From the IMG/VR virus record IMGVR_UViG_3300013109_000180: DNA of 64,000 nt, one strand, 5' to 3'. The DNA comes from an uncultured virus (IMG/VR IMGVR_UViG_3300013109_000180) (lineage: Duplodnaviria; Heunggongvirae; Uroviricota; Caudoviricetes). The notes under the pieces are model-generated. The model was given only the letters and a program-made list of their open reading frames with translations, did not search any database and had not been told where the DNA came from. How positions within the stretch are numbered: position 1 is the first letter of the stretch; the number at the start of each line of letters is the position of its first letter. A program made the position numbers and the translations under genes. Shown here piece by piece: positions 18,780-27,934 of this stretch.

Positions 18780-19569
18780 TAACAATATTTAGCGAGTTTT
18801 CTATTCTTCGCTGAATATCTTCAGGCATACATCCTTCTGTTCTAAGATCTTTATATACTCCACTAAAGAATTCAACATGCTTATCTGCATGATGAAGTTT
18901 TACTACTTTAATATCATTTAAAAATAAAGTGTCATTTATATATTTTATTTGATATTCGTTGAGTAATCCGTAAGAAAATATTTCATGTAATTCTTTTGGT
19001 GCAAATAATTCTATTTTTCTATGTTCATCATTCAGCCATTCAGTTAGCATAATACCATAAGGAAAGTTATTAAAACTTATATTGTCTTTAACGGGTGTAG
19101 TAGAGTGATCTATTAAAACTACATCAACAGTACAATCTTTAAACTTTTTATATTGTGCCATTGCTACTCTTGTATTTCCTGGATGTATAAGAGTCCATTC
19201 ATTTGTTCGTGTTATTACAATTGGCATTAATGATTCTTTGTTATAACTATTGTACATAATATACAAATCTAATATATTTCTAAGTGCATCTTGCTTTTTA
19301 AAATCAATAGGAGGATAACTTATTTGCAAATATGTATTTTCGTTGTCTATTATTCTGTCAATTAAGTTGTTAATAAGTTTATAAAAACCACCAGGTACAC
19401 CAGTATTAAATGCTGAGCCTGACCTACTAGCATCTGGAAATTTATTGTGTACTTCTGAAATACTTACGTTTGGAATAAAATTAAAAGTGCAACTGTATTT
19501 TTCTCGAATAGAGCTCAAACATGCATTAAAATCTTCTTCGCTGAATAATTCATAATCTATTCTGCTCAT
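18760..19569 (-). CDS. Hypothetical protein (weak ParB-like HPGNTR motif)
   Basis: 269-aa ORF overlapping both neighbours. Confidence 0.6.
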   Translation of the reverse strand: MSRIDYELFSEEDFNACLSSIREKYSCTFNFIPNVSISEVHNKFPDASRSGSAFNTGVPGGFYKLINNLIDRIIDNENTYLQISYPPIDFKKQDALRNILDLYIMYNSYNKESLMPIVITRTNEWTLIHPGNTRVAMAQYKKFKDCTVDVVLIDHSTTPVKDNISFNNFPYGIMLTEWLNDEHRKIELFAPKELHEIFSYGLLNEYQIKYINDTLFLNDIKVVKLHHADKHVEFFSGVYKDLRTEGCMPEDIQRRIENSLNIVNANKKT

Positions 19570-20318
19570 TCATCTCTAGTCCATTCGCTATATAGTCTGT
19601 TGCCCCATTCGGGTGGGGTATCGTCTTCTGGGTGATCCCAACCAATTTCATTAACAGTACATTTAACACGTTTTGCTACGTCATTTATATACTCTTCTGA
19701 CCATGGAAAAAAGTCAATCCATTGTGCATGTGGATTATCATGTGTGATACCTGGATTACATCGCCAAAAGATTTTACCACCAGGTTTTACTAATTTTACT
19801 ATATTGGATATTTGTTGTTCTATTACTTTTTTATCACCAAAATTAATACTGCCTAATGCTAGTATTATGTCGAGATATGCCGTACGATTTGCGGCATATT
19901 CTACTATTCCTATTTTAAAGTCTGCTTTACTGTGATATGGATCTATTCCAATTACTCTTGCACCTAAATGCTTTTTCCATTCGTTTTCACCGCATCCAAC
20001 GTCAAGTATTTTAAGTGGAACCTCAGGAGTTAGGTCTTGTATATCATTAATTTTATCTAGTAATTGCTGTCCTGTTCTGCGAGTATCCCATTTTAATTTT
20101 TGTTTCCATCCATCAAAATAAGTACCATCAGTGCCACCATCTTTAGCAGGTGTGTCGCTAAAATATCGTTCCAATACTACTTCATCTAACCAATATTGTA
20201 ATTTTAGAAAACTTTTAAATAATTCTGGAAATTTATGTTCAAAATCATCTACACTAATACCATATCGCGTTTGTATAAAGTTTGTCAGATCTTTAGTTAT
20301 TTTTTTGTTTATTCTCAT
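19566..20318 (-). CDS. Class I SAM-dependent methyltransferase
   Basis: ILDVGCG, GIDP, ALGSINF, VKPGG. Confidence 0.8.
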   Translation of the reverse strand: MRINKKITKDLTNFIQTRYGISVDDFEHKFPELFKSFLKLQYWLDEVVLERYFSDTPAKDGGTDGTYFDGWKQKLKWDTRRTGQQLLDKINDIQDLTPEVPLKILDVGCGENEWKKHLGARVIGIDPYHSKADFKIGIVEYAANRTAYLDIILALGSINFGDKKVIEQQISNIVKLVKPGGKIFWRCNPGITHDNPHAQWIDFFPWSEEYINDVAKRVKCTVNEIGWDHPEDDTPPEWGNRLYSEWTRDE

Positions 20319-20404
20319 AATATAAGAACTTCTTTATATATTCCTAACACAATACATATTGTAATTATAACTATCCAAAATATAATAAAATGTTTAAGTA
20401 TCAT
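20315..20404 (-). CDS. Small single-TM peptide (29 aa, not in ORF track)
   Basis: MILKHFIIFWIVIITICIVLGIYKEVLIL; AAGGAG RBS; ATGA overlap with the next gene. Confidence 0.55.
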   Translation of the reverse strand: MILKHFIIFWIVIITICIVLGIYKEVLIL

Positions 20405-20406
20405 AA

Positions 20407-21117
20407 TTAGTCTCCTTTAGTAAATTCAGTTATATTCATTTCAAATTGAGATGTGTTTATCCAATTTGTAACTTTTTCTCCAAAAATTCTATTATTTTCT
20501 TCATTCATATGATTTTTTCGGTTATCTATGAAAGGCCCTTGTCCAAATGATTCGGGAATTTCAAGAGTTGAAATCTCTACAATTGGTAGATGTTTTGAAA
20601 ATCGTGTTGTTTCATAAAAGCAATCAAAATATAGCATATCTGGTCTTAACTTTTGCATGTCAGTAATCATTAACTCTCGCATTTTGTTCTCTTGATCATA
20701 GTTTATAATATGTTTGTAATATAAGGTTATTGCTTCTCTAATTTCATCAGGGACATTGGTAATGTTGAAGGTACCAGTTTCTTGCCATCTTAGCCAGCTT
20801 TCACTTCCTTCATCAAAGTGGCCAGGGCCACATACATGGTTTATCCGCCAGTGTGTTGGCATGTCTGGAAGATATAACCTACTGATGTCAGTACCAAAAA
20901 CAATAACTCGATCATACTTGGTATGCTCTTTTAGGAACTTACTATAAGTAAAGTATATACTTGATGCACCTTTTCCATAATTATCTATATGTGCTTTAGG
21001 GAGGTTTTTGCTAACATGCCACGCCCACCCATGTGACGATTCGTCATAATCATCTTCTGCAAAACTATCGCCAAATATTCCTATTTTCATAGTTTCAAAC
21101 GTAAACATCTTTTTCAT
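20407..21117 (-). CDS. SGNH/GDSL-hydrolase-like protein
   Basis: IFGDSFA, NYGKGASS, NHMNEENN. Confidence 0.6.
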   Translation of the reverse strand: MKKMFTFETMKIGIFGDSFAEDDYDESSHGWAWHVSKNLPKAHIDNYGKGASSIYFTYSKFLKEHTKYDRVIVFGTDISRLYLPDMPTHWRINHVCGPGHFDEGSESWLRWQETGTFNITNVPDEIREAITLYYKHIINYDQENKMRELMITDMQKLRPDMLYFDCFYETTRFSKHLPIVEISTLEIPESFGQGPFIDNRKNHMNEENNRIFGEKVTNWINTSQFEMNITEFTKGD

Positions 21118-21118
21118 A

Positions 21119-21427
21119 TTAATAACTTCCAAATTTTTTTAATAAAGGCGATAAGTCTACTTTAGGCTTTTCTATAGTACTAGCCGTTTGATTATCTTTA
21201 TTTTTTCTGATATGTACTACAACTGCACCACTATTATTATCGTTGCGTTCAGCTGTTTTACAATATTGATTTGCATGTACCCATGCTATTATTTCTTCTG
21301 CTATTTTGCCTTGCCCTGTAATTATTGTAGTTTGCTTAATATTATTAAAGTAACATTCAGTTACGTGCTTAGAAAACTCTTTCCAAGCATCATGAATTTT
21401 ATAACCATGTAAGTCTAACTTGCTCAT
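21119..21427 (-). CDS. Stand-alone Smr-domain protein
   Basis: LDLHG, IITGQG, NSGAVVV. Confidence 0.8.
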   Translation of the reverse strand: MSKLDLHGYKIHDAWKEFSKHVTECYFNNIKQTTIITGQGKIAEEIIAWVHANQYCKTAERNDNNSGAVVVHIRKNKDNQTASTIEKPKVDLSPLLKKFGSY

Positions 21428-21633
21428 AATTTCATTACAAATTCTCTACCATGGGCGTTTGCAACGTATATGTTTGCTCTATGATGTTTAAAGTTTAATG
21501 GTATTCCTTGTAGACTTGTTCTTATTATATCGTTGTATTGAGATATGTATTCCACTTCTACGTCTTGATCATTATCAGTACAGTGTACTACTATGGTATC
21601 TGGTATTTCTACTTTATTATTTCTATTTGCCAT
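21424..21633 (-). CDS. Hypothetical protein
   Basis: ORF coupled to its neighbours. Confidence 0.7.
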   Translation of the reverse strand: MANRNNKVEIPDTIVVHCTDNDQDVEVEYISQYNDIIRTSLQGIPLNFKHHRANIYVANAHGREFVMKL

Positions 21634-21940
21634 CTAACCACCCTTGGGCTCCAGCTAGTTTTACTACAAATGCATCTTTCTCTGTAAACAAAACTATTAT
21701 ACTCTTGTCAACATAGTAAGGATATCTCATTTTTCGTAAAAGGTTAATAAGGTTTTTGGCACTTAACTTTGGAGATTCAAATTGGTAAGCGTCATATTTT
21801 TTACTTAATAAGTTTTTTCCATACTTTGTTAAACGTAAAGTATGTGTATTTTTAAATATTTCTTTCGGTTTCAAACTGTCACGTTCTATCAAACTAATTA
21901 ACTTAGCTTGACTATTTTGAATCTCTCGTGACTGTTTCAC
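21623..21940 (-). CDS. Hypothetical protein
   Basis: GTG-start ORF in operon. Confidence 0.65.
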   Translation of the reverse strand: MKQSREIQNSQAKLISLIERDSLKPKEIFKNTHTLRLTKYGKNLLSKKYDAYQFESPKLSAKNLINLLRKMRYPYYVDKSIIVLFTEKDAFVVKLAGAQGWLDGK

Positions 21941-22205
21941 CGTTTATTAATTTCATTACACTAAACAAGTCAGTATTAAACTTTTTATTAAGTCTATCTG
22001 CTAGGTTAAATGCATGTCCACTATTTGAGAAACTTACCTTCTTATATTTTGGACCAGGATAATTTACTAATGTATTCATTGTTCTTAAATTAATCGGATT
22101 CCCTTCGTAATATACTGCGTATATCGCATCTGCTTTTAAAATTTGTTCACTATTATAACTTTTATCTACCTGATCAAGTATAATTGTAGGTTTTGGTCGT
22201 GCCAT
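21912..22205 (-). CDS. Hypothetical phage protein
   Basis: AGGAG RBS, TAAATA upstream; YPGPKYKKVSFSN. Confidence 0.8.
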   Translation of the reverse strand: MARPKPTIILDQVDKSYNSEQILKADAIYAVYYEGNPINLRTMNTLVNYPGPKYKKVSFSNSGHAFNLADRLNKKFNTDLFSVMKLINGETVTRDSK

Positions 22206-22277
22206 TAAATGTTTCTCCTGTTACATGTATTTAGCAATACTTGCCGAAAAAACACCAGTTAATGGTTTAATTCATAA

Positions 22278-22727
22278 CTATTCTTGTTCCATTTCTTCTA
22301 TTGTCTTCATACTTGTGCCAGATGCAATTACACAAGCTAGGTTTTGATCAGTTTTTACTATTAGAATAGTATATTCCATTGTTTCCGGATTTCTAGTAAT
22401 AATAATTGCGTCAAATGGATCACTTGGTACGTATTCTGGTGGTTTATGTCCTGTTACAAGTAACTCTTGACCGCGAGTTGTTAATATAGTTTTTATAACT
22501 TGTATTGTGTTACATAATATTTGTCTATTTAAATATTTCCATTGAGATATTTGAGGTACATCTTCTGGAGTAGCTTCTGGTTCTGTTTGGTCTTCTACTG
22601 AATTGGGTGTCTCTAATAATGTACTTGGATTCATTGGTTGTGCTTCAGCATTGCTTGAAGCAAATGTTGGTAGCACTAAAAGTAGAAGTAAAAATGTTCC
22701 TATTACATAACTAAATCTTATATTCAT
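22278..22727 (-). CDS. Secreted hypothetical protein
   Basis: Signal peptide from MNIRF; ATGA overlap with the upstream stop. Confidence 0.7.
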   Translation of the reverse strand: MNIRFSYVIGTFLLLLLVLPTFASSNAEAQPMNPSTLLETPNSVEDQTEPEATPEDVPQISQWKYLNRQILCNTIQVIKTILTTRGQELLVTGHKPPEYVPSDPFDAIIITRNPETMEYTILIVKTDQNLACVIASGTSMKTIEEMEQE

Positions 22728-23173
22728 TCTTGTTTTGCCTTTCTTAAGTTTAAATTCATATCCCATTCTGTGAAATATGGTCCTCTATGCTCATACTTAT
22801 TTATGGTTTCTAATTTAGGACAAAATGCATGTTGCCAACCCATACCTTCGTATTTTAAAATGTAATAACCTGCAACAAATATAGTTTTACCATTTTTGGC
22901 TTTTTTAAACAATGGCAATGTTTCATGCTCTACAGGGTGTAAAATACTCGTGTTCGTTGGTAACCCTTTATACACTTGCAGGTCGCCACCGATCTCTGCT
23001 GTATTAACGGATTTGAAGCCTGTAAGGCTATTTAATAGTTCTGTAGTGTTATTATTCTGATCAAAGAACTCATATCCTTTATCTACTTTACGTAAGGTAC
23101 CTACTTTACCGAATTGACTTTCTACTATCCAGTATTTTTCTTTTATAATTTCTTTAATCTTTAAGTTGTTCAT
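22724..23173 (-). CDS. Hypothetical phage protein
   Basis: ORF from MNNLKIKE; AGYY...FCPK...GPY. Confidence 0.75.
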   Translation of the reverse strand: MNNLKIKEIIKEKYWIVESQFGKVGTLRKVDKGYEFFDQNNNTTELLNSLTGFKSVNTAEIGGDLQVYKGLPTNTSILHPVEHETLPLFKKAKNGKTIFVAGYYILKYEGMGWQHAFCPKLETINKYEHRGPYFTEWDMNLNLRKAKQE

Positions 23174-24599
23174 GTGTTTGTACATCAGTAACTCTATTAA
23201 CCTTAAAACTACGCCAAGCCTTTGCATTAATATCATAAACACCAATGTTTTCTAATTGTTTTTCACTAAGAGTTTTTGTAGGTTTATTAGATTTGGGCAT
23301 TTGATCTTCTGGAATAAATTTAGGATTTAACGTGCAAGTCATAATTCTTTTATCACCATTTAGTTTAGTAAATGTAACTACTAACTGTTCCTTTCTAAGT
23401 CTTTCGACTAAATTATCTTTATTATATTCTCTTTTTACAAGGTCATAATATATAGCAAGGTATTCGTATACGTAAGACGGAAACATGTTTAATTCTAAGT
23501 TGGTATTTTTACTAACACGGTCCCATAAAACTGATTCACCATCAAGGGCATAATAATGTTGCCAGTATGGTGTATCATTTCGGGAAGAACATGCAAAATG
23601 ACACCAAATAAAGAGAGCGGCTTCATCCTGTACTTTTGCCACTGCTCTATTGTATATCTTTTCTCTGTTAGGTTTATGAAGTACCTTAGATAATGTTCTA
23701 ATTTGATGAATAAGCAGACTTAATGCGTTGGCTTCCAATGGATCTACAAATCCACTGCTTAATCCTACTGCTACAGTATCACCTTGCCATGAACGTTCAA
23801 GTCTACCAGGTTCCCATTCTAACAGTAGAAAATCACTTAAGAACTTTCTATGTCCGTTGTTTTTCATATATTCTTCTTTTGCTTGGTCTACACTTATCAT
23901 GTCTTGATTGAAAACGTAGCCACAGCCGACTCTCCTGTCGCTTAGATACACGTTAAACTCCCATCCATAATCTCGCCCTATGGTTTCAGTATGATTTTTT
24001 GTATCTTCTTCTACTCGTCTCACAACGCAAGAGTTATTAAGTGTATCTGGATATCTATGTAATGTCTTATCTGGTATAAGAGCCCGGCGAAATCCAGTAC
24101 AGTCTATATGTAAGTCTGCTTCTGGGAGAGTATCTCTGGTTACTTCTGCATATATATGATTAATATCTTTTGTATATTCTTTTACAATTTGCCATGCTTG
24201 TAAAGCATCAATGTGATATGCAAATCCTCTCCAGTCATCCGGATTGTATTGGTCGTAGATACTGTTTCTTTCTACTTCACCTTTTTTATACTTTTGAAAC
24301 CATTCGTCCCAACCAGTGTGTATAAACATAAAGTTAAAAGGTTCATCGCCGACATGTTTGAAGTTAGATTTCATATTACCCTGCTTTCTAACACCACTAC
24401 ATGATTTAATCCAATCGGCTTCTGATATTTCTAATTCTTCAAAGAACGCACGAACATTTGGCTGAGTACTTTCACCTACACCGAGTGTAGGAATTCTAGG
24501 AGATTCTATTAGTGTTATTTCTAACTCAGGATGATTTTTTCTTAGATAGCCAGCAGTCCACCAACCACTTGTACCACCACCTATAATATTAATTTTCAT
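23154..24599 (-). CDS. Tryptophan-halogenase-family flavoprotein with a fused C-terminal WYL-like/SH3 (DUF2693-like) domain
   Basis: GGGTSG, GVGEST, IDCTGF, GWEFNV, GLSSGFVDPLEA; then VTFTKLNGDKRIMTCTL...VYDINAKAWRSF. Confidence 0.8.
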   Translation of the reverse strand: MKINIIGGGTSGWWTAGYLRKNHPELEITLIESPRIPTLGVGESTQPNVRAFFEELEISEADWIKSCSGVRKQGNMKSNFKHVGDEPFNFMFIHTGWDEWFQKYKKGEVERNSIYDQYNPDDWRGFAYHIDALQAWQIVKEYTKDINHIYAEVTRDTLPEADLHIDCTGFRRALIPDKTLHRYPDTLNNSCVVRRVEEDTKNHTETIGRDYGWEFNVYLSDRRVGCGYVFNQDMISVDQAKEEYMKNNGHRKFLSDFLLLEWEPGRLERSWQGDTVAVGLSSGFVDPLEANALSLLIHQIRTLSKVLHKPNREKIYNRAVAKVQDEAALFIWCHFACSSRNDTPYWQHYYALDGESVLWDRVSKNTNLELNMFPSYVYEYLAIYYDLVKREYNKDNLVERLRKEQLVVTFTKLNGDKRIMTCTLNPKFIPEDQMPKSNKPTKTLSEKQLENIGVYDINAKAWRSFKVNRVTDVQTHEQLKD

Positions 24600-24609
24600 T
24601 TATTACCTA

Positions 24610-24804
24610 TTAATTTAATGTTGGCTTCTCAAGTTGTACTATATCATCTCTACTTTCTAATATATGTTCAGTCATCATATCATATTCTTCTTTAGATAAT
24701 ATAGCCTTATAAATTTTAAGTGCTTGAGCCATCATTATTCCTGCTGACGCTAATGGGTCATGTTTCATTGATAATTTTTCAAACTCTCTATATAGTTTTT
24801 CCAT
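24610..24804 (-). CDS. Hypothetical protein
   Basis: 64-aa ORF in operon. Confidence 0.65.
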   Translation of the reverse strand: MEKLYREFEKLSMKHDPLASAGIMMAQALKIYKAILSKEEYDMMTEHILESRDDIVQLEKPTLN

Positions 24805-24806
24805 AT

Positions 24807-24968
24807 TTATTTCTCTAATCTTTCCCTAAACTCATCTATTGGATTTATTGATTTTGGTTTAGTTCTTTTTTCTAGTTCTCGTGAACCTATAGTGTATGCA
24901 ATGTAAAATCCTATTACTGTTATTGACATACCTATAATAAACAGTAATATTCCGTCTTCTATCGTCAG
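24807..24968 (-). CDS. Small single-TM protein, probable CTG start (not in ORF track)
   Basis: (M)TIEDGILLFIIGMSITVIGFYIAYTIG...; AAAGGT RBS precedes the CTG; fills the intergenic gap. Confidence 0.5.
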   Translation of the reverse strand: MTIEDGILLFIIGMSITVIGFYIAYTIGSRELEKRTKPKSINPIDEFRERLEK

Positions 24969-24989
24969 GTTATACCTTTCAGTACTGAA

Positions 24990-25985
24990 TTAGTTTGCAT
25001 TGGCATAACTTGAATTTAAATAATTAGAATGGTCTTGTGCTTTATCAACAACTCTTTGTAAATCCCATTTACCACAAAATCTCATAAAATGAATGCCTAC
25101 GTTTGCTTTAGATTCTTTTTGTACTTGTTCTACAATAGCTCCATCTAGTTTTTCTTTAATTTCATCTGGTTGTTGTGTAAGATCAATAAGTATTTTATTA
25201 CGTTCGTAATCTTCTAATACACGGTGCTCATTATTCTCATGATCCACCCAACGTTGTAACATAAAGTTATTCCAATTAAAACCTTTATTATCTTTATCTG
25301 CAAAGGCTTCCATCATACCAACTTTATTCTTAGTGCCTTTTTTACGAGCACCTGGAAATGCACTGAATACATTATCACTTGTATCACCACGGATACATTT
25401 TTCAAACAATATCCATTCTGGGTCACCTATTTGTTTTGGCTCTTTAGTTTTCTTGTCTATGATAGGATTGCCCTTATCGTCAAATACACCTTCATGTGTA
25501 ATTAGTTGACCCATGATTCCATTATACTGACTAACGTTTTCACTGATAAGTTGATAGAAGTCACCATCACTACTTACTATACAATGTTTATCATTAGGAT
25601 GGTTTTGTATCCAACGAGCAATAAAGTCATCTGCTTCTACATCATTGTGTTGTAATACCGTGCAATTAGTTTTATTAATAAAGAATTGTTGTAGCTCATC
25701 AAAGGCTTCCCAAAATGCTTTATCTTCTTCTTGTTCTTTTTCTGTAAGAGCATCACGTGTGGCTTGCCTATTACGTTTATAAGGCTCATAAACATCTTTA
25801 CGCCAACTACGTCCTTCTAAACATAGAACAACGTGCGAACCTTTTTGTTCTCGCCATACTTTATTAATACTATTAAACATGATGTGAAAACTCATGCCAA
25901 CTTTTGTTTGCATATCATTGCCACGTACTACATGCTTTGCTCTAAAAAACATGTTAGCCGCATCTACTAAAATGTAGCTCATCAT
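24990..25985 (-). CDS. 5'-3' exonuclease / T4-type RNase H (FEN family)
   Basis: LVDAAN, YKRNR, EADD, SSDGDFYQL, RGDTSDNV. Confidence 0.9.
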   Translation of the reverse strand: MMSYILVDAANMFFRAKHVVRGNDMQTKVGMSFHIMFNSINKVWREQKGSHVVLCLEGRSWRKDVYEPYKRNRQATRDALTEKEQEEDKAFWEAFDELQQFFINKTNCTVLQHNDVEADDFIARWIQNHPNDKHCIVSSDGDFYQLISENVSQYNGIMGQLITHEGVFDDKGNPIIDKKTKEPKQIGDPEWILFEKCIRGDTSDNVFSAFPGARKKGTKNKVGMMEAFADKDNKGFNWNNFMLQRWVDHENNEHRVLEDYERNKILIDLTQQPDEIKEKLDGAIVEQVQKESKANVGIHFMRFCGKWDLQRVVDKAQDHSNYLNSSYANAN

Positions 25986-26000
25986 ATATTATCCTATGTA

Positions 26001-26276
26001 TTAAGATTGGTCGTCAGCTATTTGTCTACAAAGACCTGTAAACCATGCATCAACAATTTCGTCATCTTTGTCACCACTGTAGCCTGCATCAAGTAACTTC
26101 TTTACAAATATTTTATTCCATTCTAATTCAAAGTATCCATCACCTGGATTATCTTTGTCGAATTTAACATCAAGTACCTTAACGTAGGCTTCTCCACGAG
26201 CAGTTGCCTGCTCTTTTGCTGAAATCTCTTTTTCGTTCTTTGAAACTATTTTCTTTAATTTATCAAACATGCTCAT
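26001..26276 (-). CDS. Hypothetical phage protein
   Basis: ATGA overlap with the metK stop; GYFELEWN...WF. Confidence 0.7.
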   Translation of the reverse strand: MSMFDKLKKIVSKNEKEISAKEQATARGEAYVKVLDVKFDKDNPGDGYFELEWNKIFVKKLLDAGYSGDKDDEIVDAWFTGLCRQIADDQS

Positions 26277-27370
26277 TTCCATCCTATCCTTTCCCATGGT
26301 ACATCTTTGTCGCCAAAGTGTCCATATACACAATTCTTACTATACTCATTATACTTAAATAATCCAAATCTGTCAATGATTCCTTTTGGTGTTAAGTCTA
26401 TATTTTCCTCAATAAACTTTTGAATACTTCTATTATGCCCATTTGAGTCTACATAAATGCTTGTAGGTTCTTTTACACCAATTGCATAACTTAATTGGAT
26501 ACTACACCAGTCTGCCATTTCATCAGCTACAACATTCTTTGCTAACCAACGTGCTATGTACGCCGCACTTCTATCTACTTTTGTAGGATCTTTACCACTA
26601 AATGCACCGCCACCGTGAGGAGCATACCCACCATAAGTATCCACAATAATTTTTCTGCCAGTAAGGCCTGTGTCACCATCTGGTCCTCCAGTTTCGAATA
26701 TTCCTGTAGGGTTAATATACCAATTTGTTGATTCATCTACTAAATCTCCTAATACTTTTTCAGCCGCATTTCTGCACGGCATTTTAATACTATGTTCAAA
26801 TCCTTTTGTATGTTGATGTGATACTACTATTTGATCAACACGTTTAGGCTCGCCGCCTTCATATTGAATACTTATTTGTGATTTTGCATCTGGTAACATA
26901 TATTCATATCCACCTCGACGCTTATTGTCTAATTCTTTTAAAATCTTATGTGCATAGTAAATAGGTGCTGGCATCATTGCTTCGTTATCATTACAAGCAT
27001 AACCAAACATAATTCCTTGATCTCCTGCACCAAAACTATCTGTTCCTAGAGCAATATCTTTGCTCTGTGAATGTATATAATTATGAATTTTTAATTTCTC
27101 CCAATGGAAGCCATCTTGTTCATAACCAATTTCTTTAACTTTGTTACGAATAATGTCGTCTACTTGATCTTTAGTAACATTAAAGTTTTTTACTTCGCCT
27201 GCTACTGTTACCATATTAGTAGTTACTAATGTTTCTACCGCTACTCGTGTTGTTTCATCACCATTTTTAAGTCCTGCATCAACTAATGCATCACTAATTT
27301 GGTCTGCTACTTTGTCAGGATGTCCTGCACTTACACTTTCGCTTGTAAATATATAATTGCCTTGCTTCAT
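26273..27370 (-). CDS. metK: S-adenosylmethionine synthetase
   Basis: FTSESVSAGHPDK, GAGDQG, GGPDGDTGLTGRK, GGGAFSGKDPTKVDRS. Confidence 0.97.
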   Translation of the reverse strand: MKQGNYIFTSESVSAGHPDKVADQISDALVDAGLKNGDETTRVAVETLVTTNMVTVAGEVKNFNVTKDQVDDIIRNKVKEIGYEQDGFHWEKLKIHNYIHSQSKDIALGTDSFGAGDQGIMFGYACNDNEAMMPAPIYYAHKILKELDNKRRGGYEYMLPDAKSQISIQYEGGEPKRVDQIVVSHQHTKGFEHSIKMPCRNAAEKVLGDLVDESTNWYINPTGIFETGGPDGDTGLTGRKIIVDTYGGYAPHGGGAFSGKDPTKVDRSAAYIARWLAKNVVADEMADWCSIQLSYAIGVKEPTSIYVDSNGHNRSIQKFIEENIDLTPKGIIDRFGLFKYNEYSKNCVYGHFGDKDVPWERIGWK

Positions 27371-27576
27371 AGTACTCTTGGGTGTTCCGTTCCTTTTACT
27401 ACGATATAAGGAAATGGTTTACTTAAATCCTTATCATCTTTAACTTTCTTAGCCCATTTGTCATGTGAGTCTTTACAAAGTTCATCACGTTTGGCTTTAG
27501 CATCTGCTTTTTTATCAAACCCTTCTGCGATAACTTTTCTTGTATGTACATTAAAAACACTGTATATATTAGCCAT
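27367..27576 (-). CDS. Hypothetical protein
   Basis: Coupled ORF. Confidence 0.7.
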   Translation of the reverse strand: MANIYSVFNVHTRKVIAEGFDKKADAKAKRDELCKDSHDKWAKKVKDDKDLSKPFPYIVVKGTEHPRVL

Positions 27577-27745
27577 TTGCTTTCTCCTTTGTTTCTTGAA
27601 ACTTGTTAGTTAAAAACTCTAAATTCTTCTTAAGCCACTCTTCTTGGGTGTAATCTACTTTTTCTTTCCAATGAAACTTTTCATCTAAATGTTCCATCCA
27701 TGTTTGTTGTATCCATTGTTGAAATTCAAAATCCATTTTTGTCAT
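27569..27745 (-). CDS. Hypothetical protein
   Basis: AGGAG RBS before MTKMDF. Confidence 0.65.
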   Translation of the reverse strand: MTKMDFEFQQWIQQTWMEHLDEKFHWKEKVDYTQEEWLKKNLEFLTNKFQETKEKANG

Positions 27746-27758
27746 ATACTTCTCCTGT

Positions 27759-27911
27759 TTAGTCAAATTTGTTTCTTAGTCTTTGTGCATCTTCATCAAA
27801 GTCTTCTGAATTTAAATAATCTTCAAACTTTGGATATTGTGCTTGAATTTCTTTTGCATAATATCCATTATAGTATATTTCTTTAGCGAGTTCTTCTCTA
27901 TAATCCTGCAT
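27759..27911 (-). CDS. Hypothetical protein
   Basis: Start MQDYREEL, downstream of the queE stop. Confidence 0.55.
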   Translation of the reverse strand: MQDYREELAKEIYYNGYYAKEIQAQYPKFEDYLNSEDFDEDAQRLRNKFD

Positions 27912-27934
27912 TTCTTGCCCTTTCCATTTGATCT

